The notes beneath the pieces were generated by a model, which did no database searches, was not told the origin of the DNA, and saw only the letters and a list, made by a program, of their open reading frames with translations. Below, piece after piece: positions 8,809-16,543 of a stretch of 64,000 nt of DNA (its first letter is position 1; the number at the start of each line of letters is the position of its first letter). Both the position numbers and the translations under genes were made by a program. This stretch comes from Alphaproteobacteria bacterium UBA7314 (GTDB taxonomy: Bacteria; Pseudomonadota; Alphaproteobacteria; MPNO01; UBA830): the NCBI GenBank assembly GCA_002471575.1, contig DKQG01000046.1, positions 20,043-84,042 of the forward strand. Direction: 5' to 3'.

Positions 8809-9828
8809 ATGTCCTTCAGACTAAGAAAATATGCCTTAGCTTCTATCGCTGCAGCCGCATCGCTTGGCGTCACATCAATGGCTTCTGCGCAGATCGATAT
8901 GAAAATCGGCTATCCAACAACCGCCGATCCGCAACATGACTATGCTGTAAAATTTGTGGCGGAGGTAAACAAACGGACAAATGGAAGAGTTAAAGGCCGC
9001 GTATTCCCTACCAGCCAACTCGGCAAAATCCCTCGCCAAATCGAGGCCATTCAGTTGGGCACCCAGGAGGGTTTCTTCGCACCACCAGGGTTCCTGCAGG
9101 GGGTGAATAAAGCGTTTCAAGTTGCTGATGTTCCCGGCTTCTTCGCAGATCATGCGCACGCTCACAGGACGCTGAACGTGCCACGCTTCAAAAATCCATT
9201 CAATTCTCTTGGCGTTGATAAAGGCATCCTGAGTGGCAGCCTTTGGGTGTACGACGGCGCCTCTTACATGGCGACGAAGCCAATTGCAAAATTGGCTGAT
9301 TTTAAAGGGCTAAAAATTCGCGTTCTTGCCACTGAAATTGAACGTAAAGGTGTCGCTACCCTGGGCGCTACTGGTGTCCCAATTCCGTTCACGTCAGTTG
9401 TTCCCTCTCTTCAGAGGAAGGTTGTAGACGGCGCTCGCACAAGCTTGGTTGTCGCAGCCAAAGCCAAGTTTCCGACCGTCACGAAGCACCTGACAATTAC
9501 AAATGACTATTACATTCCTTGCATCTCTGCATTCAGCATTAAGTTCCTTGATAAGCTGTCAAAAGAGGACCGAGCAACTGTTCTGAAAGTGTCGGATGAA
9601 CTCGGTCACTGGGCTTCTGCACGTTCTCAGAGCTTTGTGGACAAGATGATTGTGGAGTGGAAAAAAACGGGTGCAACGGTGAGCTACTTGCCGCCGGAAG
9701 AGCAAAAGCTTCACATGTCGCGTTTGGCGCCACTTGCCGATGAGGTTTTCGGAAAAAACAAAAATCCGACAATTCGGAAGTTATACGCGGTGCTTAAAGA
9801 AGAAGCCCAACGAATGGACGTTAGATAA
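8809..9828 (+). CDS. TRAP transporter substrate-binding protein (DctP family), orphan
   Basis: Signal peptide MSFRLRKYALASIAAAASLGVTSMASA. DctP-like blocks VFPTSQLGK..QIEAIQLGT, DVPGFF and DFKGLKIRV are present. No DctQ or DctM gene lies next to it. Confidence 0.8.
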   Translation: MSFRLRKYALASIAAAASLGVTSMASAQIDMKIGYPTTADPQHDYAVKFVAEVNKRTNGRVKGRVFPTSQLGKIPRQIEAIQLGTQEGFFAPPGFLQGVNKAFQVADVPGFFADHAHAHRTLNVPRFKNPFNSLGVDKGILSGSLWVYDGASYMATKPIAKLADFKGLKIRVLATEIERKGVATLGATGVPIPFTSVVPSLQRKVVDGARTSLVVAAKAKFPTVTKHLTITNDYYIPCISAFSIKFLDKLSKEDRATVLKVSDELGHWASARSQSFVDKMIVEWKKTGATVSYLPPEEQKLHMSRLAPLADEVFGKNKNPTIRKLYAVLKEEAQRMDVR

Positions 9829-9846
9829 GACCGAAAAAACCGCTTG

Positions 9847-9879
9847 AAAACGCCCTCTCATTCGAGAGGGCGTTTTTTT
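9847..9879. terminator. Bidirectional rho-independent terminator
   Basis: AAAACGCCCTCTC-ATTC-GAGAGGGCGTTTTTTT: a perfect 9-bp GC-rich stem flanked by an A-run and a T7 run. It sits between convergent genes, and the T-run overlaps the stop codon of the minus-strand gene. Confidence 0.85.
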
Positions 9880-11077
9880 AAGCAAGTGCCTCTGCCCGTT
9901 TGAGTGCCGTAATCATTGAGGATTGCAGCAGATAATCCCTAGCTAATTTTGGGTCAGCTGCTGAAGCACTCATTTCATCGTGCTTCCTCCGACGAGCATC
10001 TGGATCCGTCTCTTCGAGCATAGCTTTGTTTCGGATGGTGGTTTGCTGTACGTAGTCTATGGCTATAGGTCTACGCTGCGCATCGTACTTATCGAGCTCA
10101 CTATCGACAGCCTTCCCATTCCAGACTTTGACTAATTTCTCGGATAAATTTAACGCGTCATGGATACCACCGTTCATTCCCATGCCACCCAGCGGGTTAT
10201 TAATATGAGCAGCATCTCCCGCGAGAAAGACGCGCCCCCTTCTATATGTTTCCGCCACCCTTTGGTGAACAGCATATGCAGTTCTGTGGAACGTGTCGTA
10301 GTCCCCTTCGATAGGACACACTTGCTGCATTCGTTCCTGCACCGTCGCATCTGATACAAGCGATTCCGCAGTCTCGCCCGGACGAGAGGGCAGGAGAAGT
10401 CGCCATAGACCTGGTACACGAACAAATACAAACCAAAAGTTCGGATCAGCTATGTATGCTATTGGGGCCAAGTTCTCAAAATGATCTTCGAAATTAAATT
10501 CAGAACTAGTACACAGCCACAATTCGGGAAAAGTGAGCCCGGGGAACTCTATACCCTGCGAAATACGAATGACGCTGGACGCCCCATCCGCAGCAATTAA
10601 ATATTTACCGCAAAGTTCCCTCGGACCCTCCAGCGTTTCAGCCGACAGCGTCACCGTTTCGTCATCTTGTGAAACACCGGTGCCCTTTGCTTCAAAGAGG
10701 ACCTCTACATTGTCCATTTGTTGAAGTTCGGCAACAATGATCCTTGTAAGTTTGTATTGTTCGCACTGGACGCGGTAAGGGTGGCCGGTGTCATTTTCCA
10801 GAACGCTGAGATCCCACTCTGCAACTACGCCTTCTCGAGTATCACGGTACTGCCAAACAGGGCAGACGATGCCTTGTTCTATAACTTTATCCACGACCCC
10901 CAGCTCATCCAGCATATCCAGGGTCGGCGGATGAAAAGTTGAAGCACGGAGATCTTCGGGCAAATCGGCCGCCGCCTCCACCAACGTCACCGGAATTCCA
11001 CGCTTGGCGAGATACAAGGCTGCCGAACAGCCCACCGGACCGGCACCGGAAATCAATACGCGATCATTGTCCGACAT
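9878..11077 (-). CDS. FAD-dependent aromatic-type monooxygenase (group A flavoprotein hydroxylase)
   Basis: Dinucleotide fold VLISGAGPVGCSAALYLAKRG, DG motif LIAADGASSVIR and the GD motif FLAGDAAHINNPLGGMGMN are present. The start at MSDNDR (11077) is preceded by AGGAG. Confidence 0.85.
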   Translation of the reverse strand: MSDNDRVLISGAGPVGCSAALYLAKRGIPVTLVEAAADLPEDLRASTFHPPTLDMLDELGVVDKVIEQGIVCPVWQYRDTREGVVAEWDLSVLENDTGHPYRVQCEQYKLTRIIVAELQQMDNVEVLFEAKGTGVSQDDETVTLSAETLEGPRELCGKYLIAADGASSVIRISQGIEFPGLTFPELWLCTSSEFNFEDHFENLAPIAYIADPNFWFVFVRVPGLWRLLLPSRPGETAESLVSDATVQERMQQVCPIEGDYDTFHRTAYAVHQRVAETYRRGRVFLAGDAAHINNPLGGMGMNGGIHDALNLSEKLVKVWNGKAVDSELDKYDAQRRPIAIDYVQQTTIRNKAMLEETDPDARRRKHDEMSASAADPKLARDYLLQSSMITALKRAEALA

Positions 11078-11198
11078 GTTTTCTACTCCTGTTGGTGCAC
11101 GCCAAGATAGCCGCCGCTTTCGAGCGGTCAAGCGGTGTTGCGCCCTTGTTACGGGATTGGCACAGTGCGCGGATCAGAGGGATTAAGGAAAAATCATC

Positions 11199-11939
11199 GT
11201 GGCGCTTCAACACACCAAACCGATCGGGTGGCGATCCAAAATCGGCGTGATCGTCCCGCCGAGTAACACCGTCAACGAGGCAGAATTCAATCGCTTCGCT
11301 CCGGAAGGCGTCAGCTTTCATTTCACCCGCTCGCCTCTCCATTCCGACCCGGCGGCCGACGATTTTGCCGAAATGCTGGATGACGTTACCGGTGCGATGA
11401 AGAACCTTTCCGCCTGCAATGTCGATTACGCCACCTATGCTTGCACCGCCGGATCCATGGCCTGTCCGTCCGACCGACTGCTGGGCACCATGACCGAAAT
11501 CAGCGGTGTGCCTTCTAATTCTACGGCACAGGCCATCGTCGCCGCGCTCAACGCGCTGGAGGCGACCAGTATTGTCATGGCATCGCCCTACACACAGGAA
11601 ACCAATGAACACGAAGCCCACTATCTCGCCGACCACGGCATAGAGGTGTTGGCGACCACCGGTCTCAACCTGAATACATCGCTTGAGAACATCCAGAAAA
11701 TTTCTCGCGTCCCGCCGCCTGACGTGTTCGAGCACGCTACGTCCATAGACCGCCCGGAGGCGGAAGCGCTGCTGATTTGCTGCACCGATTTCAACACGTT
11801 CGATTCGATCGAACCGCTGGAATCCGAGCTCGGGAAACCGGTTGTTTCTAGCAACTCAGCGACGTTATGGCACAGCCTGCGGAATGCCCAAATCACGGAC
11901 CGGATCGACGGCCTTGGCACCCTGCTCCGCGATTTCTAG
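11199..11939 (+). CDS. Asp/Glu/hydantoin racemase superfamily protein, maleate isomerase / arylmalonate decarboxylase-like
   Basis: GTG start. Blocks IGVIVPPSNTVNEAEF, YACTAGS and LLICCTDF place two candidate catalytic Cys as in maleate cis-trans isomerases (from memory). Confidence 0.75.
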   Translation: MALQHTKPIGWRSKIGVIVPPSNTVNEAEFNRFAPEGVSFHFTRSPLHSDPAADDFAEMLDDVTGAMKNLSACNVDYATYACTAGSMACPSDRLLGTMTEISGVPSNSTAQAIVAALNALEATSIVMASPYTQETNEHEAHYLADHGIEVLATTGLNLNTSLENIQKISRVPPPDVFEHATSIDRPEAEALLICCTDFNTFDSIEPLESELGKPVVSSNSATLWHSLRNAQITDRIDGLGTLLRDF

Positions 11940-11942
11940 CCG

Positions 11943-12353
11943 CTACAGCAATCCTTCTTCTTCCGCCTGATCGAGTGCCTCACGCGCACTTCGGAACGCA
12001 TCGACCCCGGCGGGAATACCGCAATACACGGTCGCATGCGCCAAGACTTCGGTGATTTCCTCGACTGTACACCCATTTCGAAGCGCACCCCGCGTGTGCG
12101 ATTTCAACTCTTGCATCTTGCCCAGCGCCGTCAGGATGGCGAGGTTGAGCATGCTACGGGTCTTGTGGTCGAGCGTATCGTCCGTCCAGGCACCACCCCA
12201 GCAATACTCGGTCACCATGGTCTGGATCTTGCCGGTCAGATGATCCTTCTCGCCCTTTTCGATGTTGGGGTTTACGTATTGTTCACCCAACACTTTCTTT
12301 CGCGCAGCCAGTCCGGCTTCATAAAGATCCTCATTTGACGGTTCGATCGCCAT
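11943..12353 (-). CDS. Carboxymuconolactone decarboxylase (CMD/PcaC-like) family protein
   Basis: 136 aa from MAIEPSNEDLY, preceded by GGGAGA. The block HTRGALRNGCTVEEITEVLAHATVYCGIPAG is PcaC/CMD-like. The long track ORF to 12629 is a spurious 5' extension. Confidence 0.8.
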   Translation of the reverse strand: MAIEPSNEDLYEAGLAARKKVLGEQYVNPNIEKGEKDHLTGKIQTMVTEYCWGGAWTDDTLDHKTRSMLNLAILTALGKMQELKSHTRGALRNGCTVEEITEVLAHATVYCGIPAGVDAFRSAREALDQAEEEGLL

Positions 12354-12379
12354 TGGTCGTCTCCCTTGATTGAATAGCC

Positions 12380-13090
12380 TTAAATATCGAGTGTGAACGT
12401 GGCCGCTTCCGGTTCGGCCTTGTGATAGCGCTTGCCGTGGCGGTGATACACGACCAGATGGGTCTTGAACCAGTCGTTCTGAGCCAGCCTGTTGCGCCAT
12501 TCGGTGGCCCTCGCCGCGGCCAGGACATCGCTTTCCAGCGCATCTTCGCTTTCGATGTAATGGATGAACATGTGCGTAAACGGGTTCGGATCCGCGTCCA
12601 CGATTCTCATATGCCTTACCATTCGCCATAGGGGGCTGCCGAGCACTATGGGCGTGTGCTCTGTCTGGTACCAGTCGACAAATTCCTCCTCGGCGTCGTC
12701 GGGCAACTCGATGAACACTCCCAGAACAAACGGAGCGTCAAGCGCTTCATCTACCGCCAGTCCGTCACGCACATGGAAGCTGATTTCATCGCCGATGTAG
12801 CGCGTAAAGGCGGCCACTTCCGAAAGCATCTTCTTGGTCGGTGCATCAGGCTTGTACTTGCGGTTTACGTATTCGTCATCCGCTAGCGTCTGCGGCGACT
12901 CTAGGTCGTAGATTGCCAGATAGTCAGGTCGGTCCGGCACCTTGTAGCGCTGCCCTGACCGGAAGCCCGGTACGCCATACACATGGCTCGGCATGTGATG
13001 ATTGTTGTACCAGTCATTGAAGTGATCTTCGGCGCCATCTGGGGGCGTCATCTCAGAAAAGAGAACAGCTCCGCCCTTCCTGTTCGACAT
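12380..13090 (-). CDS. Hypothetical protein with an internal tandem repeat (two ferredoxin-like / dimeric alpha-beta-barrel-like halves)
   Basis: 236 aa from MSNRKGG. The halves AVLFSEMTPPDGAEDHFNDWYNNHHMP... and FVLGVFIELPDDAEEEFVDWYQTEHTP... align with each other. The start shares one nucleotide with the aminotransferase stop (TGATG). Confidence 0.6.
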   Translation of the reverse strand: MSNRKGGAVLFSEMTPPDGAEDHFNDWYNNHHMPSHVYGVPGFRSGQRYKVPDRPDYLAIYDLESPQTLADDEYVNRKYKPDAPTKKMLSEVAAFTRYIGDEISFHVRDGLAVDEALDAPFVLGVFIELPDDAEEEFVDWYQTEHTPIVLGSPLWRMVRHMRIVDADPNPFTHMFIHYIESEDALESDVLAAARATEWRNRLAQNDWFKTHLVVYHRHGKRYHKAEPEAATFTLDI

Positions 13091-14418
13091 CAGATTTTCT
13101 TGCAGGCTGCATCCAACGCCCGGACAGTATCCTCGATATCCTGCCCAGTATGAACGCCAGAGACGAAACGCCGGACATTCGGCAACACGTAAAGCCCTTC
13201 GTGCATCTGGGCTAGATCGAGAGCCCGGGTCGCGGCGGCGTCTGAGTTCATGACGTCGGCATGATTGTTGGGCGGTTTGTCCATAAACAGGATCTGCCAG
13301 AAGGATGCTTTGCCCGTCGCGATCGCGGGTACGTTGTTCTTGTCGAGCACTTCCTGACACGCCTTGCAGACGTCGTCTGCCAATGCGTGGAGGTCCTTGT
13401 AGAACGACGGCTTTTTTAGTTCGGCAAGCGTTGCCATACCCGCCACGGCCGCGATGGGGTTTCCGTGCAGTGTGCCGTTCACATAGGAATAGTTGGCCTG
13501 GCCCTTGTTTCTCGGGTTCATCAGATCCATGTATTCGGCCTTACCACCGACGCAACCCAGCGGTCCACCGCCGCCAACAATTTTGCCGTAGCTGGCGATA
13601 TCGGGAAGCACGCCGAAATATTCCTGTGCCCCCCCAAGGGCAAGGCGGAAACCGGTTACGACTTCATCAAAGATCAAAAGTACATCGTTGTCGTCGCAAG
13701 TCTTTCGAAGACCCGGCAGAAAATCGTCGTCGGGCAGGATGATCCGTTGCAACGGCTCAACGATGATCGCGGCCAGGTCATCGCGATGCTCCTCGACGAT
13801 CCGGCGAACGGTATCAAGATCGTTGTACGGAGACACCAGCACGTTCTCCGCCATGTTGGCCGGGAGCCCGCCGGTGTCGGGACGTCCCTGCGGGTAGTTT
13901 GACAAAGCAGTCGGTGTGACACTGAACGCGGAGTAATCGTGGTTACCATGATAGGCGCCTTCGAACTTGAGTATCTTACTCCGTCCCGTTGCCGCCCGTG
14001 CAGTGCGCATGGCGTAGGCCGTTGCCTCAGAGCCGGTCGTTGTAAAGGCGACCCGGTCGGCGCAGGGGATGATTTCCTTCAGATCCTCGGCAAGCTGGAT
14101 GCATTGCTCGTTTAGCGTTCCGAAAAAATGGATGCCGCGTTCTGCCTGATCCTTTATCGCGTCGACCACTGTGGGAAACGCGTGTCCCAGGATTAGCGTT
14201 CCGGCACCGCCTACATAATCGATGTACCAGCGGCCCCGGACATCCTGCAGGCGCGATCCCGCGCCCTTGCGAATGACGAAACGAACATCATCGGGCAGTG
14301 AATAGCTGCCCAGACCAGCGCCCGGCAGGCTATCCGTAGCGACCTTGTAGTAATCTTCATGCCCCATCGCGCCCACGGGATCGGGCGCTTCGGCGATGGC
14401 GGTATCAGCAGGAGTCAT
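13090..14418 (-). CDS. Class-III PLP-dependent aminotransferase (GSA-aminomutase-like / omega-transaminase)
   Basis: Blocks TTTGSEATAYAMRTARA, KFEGAYHG, FDEVVTGFR and the PLP-lysine block SYGKIVGGG are present. Confidence 0.9.
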   Translation of the reverse strand: MTPADTAIAEAPDPVGAMGHEDYYKVATDSLPGAGLGSYSLPDDVRFVIRKGAGSRLQDVRGRWYIDYVGGAGTLILGHAFPTVVDAIKDQAERGIHFFGTLNEQCIQLAEDLKEIIPCADRVAFTTTGSEATAYAMRTARAATGRSKILKFEGAYHGNHDYSAFSVTPTALSNYPQGRPDTGGLPANMAENVLVSPYNDLDTVRRIVEEHRDDLAAIIVEPLQRIILPDDDFLPGLRKTCDDNDVLLIFDEVVTGFRLALGGAQEYFGVLPDIASYGKIVGGGGPLGCVGGKAEYMDLMNPRNKGQANYSYVNGTLHGNPIAAVAGMATLAELKKPSFYKDLHALADDVCKACQEVLDKNNVPAIATGKASFWQILFMDKPPNNHADVMNSDAAATRALDLAQMHEGLYVLPNVRRFVSGVHTGQDIEDTVRALDAACKKI

Positions 14419-14485
14419 TGGAACACTTCCAGTAAAGGTTTACTGCCGGGAGGCTACCCCCGGGCCACTTCGGAAACAAGCTAAC

Positions 14486-16534
14486 TCAGTCGTCATAGCG
14501 GCGCCGGCAGTCGAGAGAACCGGACGCATGAACCGTGACCGTCCAGCCCGGCGGTACAACCGACGTCCCGCCGGCCTCCTCTATGATCATCGGTCCTTGG
14601 AACACTTCGCCGGCACCCATCTTAGTACGGTCCATGATTGGACAATCCGCCCAGTCATCGCCAAACCAAACTTGCCGGCATTCAATCACCGGATCTCCGG
14701 CATCGTCGGCGCTGAAGCTCAGTTCCGGCTTGTCGATCAGCCCTAGTGAGAACAGGCGTATGTTCACCAGTTCGACATCGCTGTGACGGTCGGCGCGTCC
14801 GAACGTCTGTTCATGGCGGTTATGAAATGCCTCGCGCAGGTCATCCCAGCTCGCCTTGTCAGGATCGCACGGGATCGACAGTGTAAACGACTGTCCGACA
14901 TAGCGCATGTCGACGGTAAAAGTATGTTCGTGGCGACCTTCGGCAAAGCCGTCTTCAGACAAAAGCGCCGCCGCGTCGCGTCGCATTTCGGCCGCCCGGG
15001 TCCCGAATTCAGCGATGTCCAGAGTGTCCAGCGGACCGCCCCAGGCAATGACGAAATCGTGACGCAGATCTGCCAGCAACTGCCCGAGCGCGGAGAGATG
15101 ACCCGGGAACCGCGGCACGATGACCTGCGGGATCGACAGTTCTTCCGCGACCAAGAAAACATGCATCGGCCCGGCCCCGCCGAACCCGAGCAGCGCAAAA
15201 TCCCGCGGATCAAAACCGCGGTGAACGGATACTTCACGCACCGCACCGGCCATCTTCGAAACCGCGATACGCAAGACACCGTCTGCAAGCTGTATCGGCG
15301 TCCCAGCGCCTTCACCCAGTCTGTCGGCCAGGTCCTCGAACGCTTTTTCGGACAATTCCTTCGAAAGCTCTAACCCGCCGGAGAGTGTTCGATCGGTTGG
15401 CAACCGGCCAAGCATCAGGTTGGCATCGGAAATCGTCGGTTCCGTGCCGCCGCGCTGGTAGCACGCCGGTCCGGGCATGGCGCCCGCGCTTTGTGGTCCG
15501 ACTTCAAGCGTCCCATCCGGCTGAACCCAGGCGATCGAGCCACCGCCGGCGCCGATGGTGTGGATGTCGAGCTGAGGTACCTGAAGGGGATAGGCGTCGA
15601 TCTGGTTCGTATGGCTGATCCGCGGCATCAACTGATGAATCAGGGCGACGTCCGTGCTGGTTCCGCCCATGTCGAAGGTTATGCAATCGTCCACACCGGC
15701 CATCTCGCAGATTCGAACGGCACCACCGGCGCCGCCCACCGGACCGGAAAGGAATGTACCGGCAGCGAACTGCGCGGCCTGGTCCAGCGTCATAACCCCG
15801 CCGTTGGAGCCCATCACGTTTACCGGCGCGGAGATACCCTGCCCTTCGAGTTCTCCGGCGAGCGTATCGAGATATGTCCGGATTACCGGCGTCAGGTAGG
15901 CGTTCAGGACGCAGGTCGAAAATCGTTCAAATTCGCCTTTTTCCGGCACCACGCCAGTGGAGGTACATACCGGAATATCGCCCGCCATCGCCTGTAGTTT
16001 TTCGAGCGCCGCCGCTTCGTTCTCATCGTTGCGATAGGCGTTAATAAACGCGATGGCAATCGATTCAACGCCGCTTTCCCGGAATTTTTCCATGATCAGC
16101 GAGAAATCAACTTCGGCGGCGGTCTTCAGAATTTCACCGTCCGCCGCGACACGTTCGTCGATTTCCACTCTGAGATCACGCGACACCAGTGGCTTCGGCC
16201 GGACGAATTTTATGTCGAAAAGCCCGCCGATCAGCCGCCGCGTACGGCCAATTTCGAGCGTATCGCGGAAACCGTCCGTAGTGACCAGACCGGTTTTGGC
16301 CCCCTTGCGTTCCAGCAACGCGTTGGTTGCGATGGTGGTCCCGTGCACGAAAGCGCGGATTTCGCTGTAATCTATACCAAGTTTCTCGAGCGCACCCAGC
16401 ACACCCTCCCACTGCCTTCCCGGAATAGAGGGCACCTTTTCAGACAGCAATTCCTGCGATTCGGAATTAAGGCAAAGCAAATCGGTGAATGTGCCGCCGA
16501 CATCGATACCAACGATATATTTTTGTTCAGTCAT
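14486..16534 (-). CDS. hyuA: Hydantoinase/oxoprolinase family, A subunit (ATP-dependent lactamase/carboxylase family)
   Basis: 682 aa. The N-terminus YIVGIDVGGTFTDLL is an ASKHA-fold phosphate-1 motif, and the length is typical of HyuA/OplA/CapA-like proteins. Confidence 0.9.
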   Translation of the reverse strand: MTEQKYIVGIDVGGTFTDLLCLNSESQELLSEKVPSIPGRQWEGVLGALEKLGIDYSEIRAFVHGTTIATNALLERKGAKTGLVTTDGFRDTLEIGRTRRLIGGLFDIKFVRPKPLVSRDLRVEIDERVAADGEILKTAAEVDFSLIMEKFRESGVESIAIAFINAYRNDENEAAALEKLQAMAGDIPVCTSTGVVPEKGEFERFSTCVLNAYLTPVIRTYLDTLAGELEGQGISAPVNVMGSNGGVMTLDQAAQFAAGTFLSGPVGGAGGAVRICEMAGVDDCITFDMGGTSTDVALIHQLMPRISHTNQIDAYPLQVPQLDIHTIGAGGGSIAWVQPDGTLEVGPQSAGAMPGPACYQRGGTEPTISDANLMLGRLPTDRTLSGGLELSKELSEKAFEDLADRLGEGAGTPIQLADGVLRIAVSKMAGAVREVSVHRGFDPRDFALLGFGGAGPMHVFLVAEELSIPQVIVPRFPGHLSALGQLLADLRHDFVIAWGGPLDTLDIAEFGTRAAEMRRDAAALLSEDGFAEGRHEHTFTVDMRYVGQSFTLSIPCDPDKASWDDLREAFHNRHEQTFGRADRHSDVELVNIRLFSLGLIDKPELSFSADDAGDPVIECRQVWFGDDWADCPIMDRTKMGAGEVFQGPMIIEEAGGTSVVPPGWTVTVHASGSLDCRRRYDD

Positions 16535-16543
16535 TGTCTCTGC

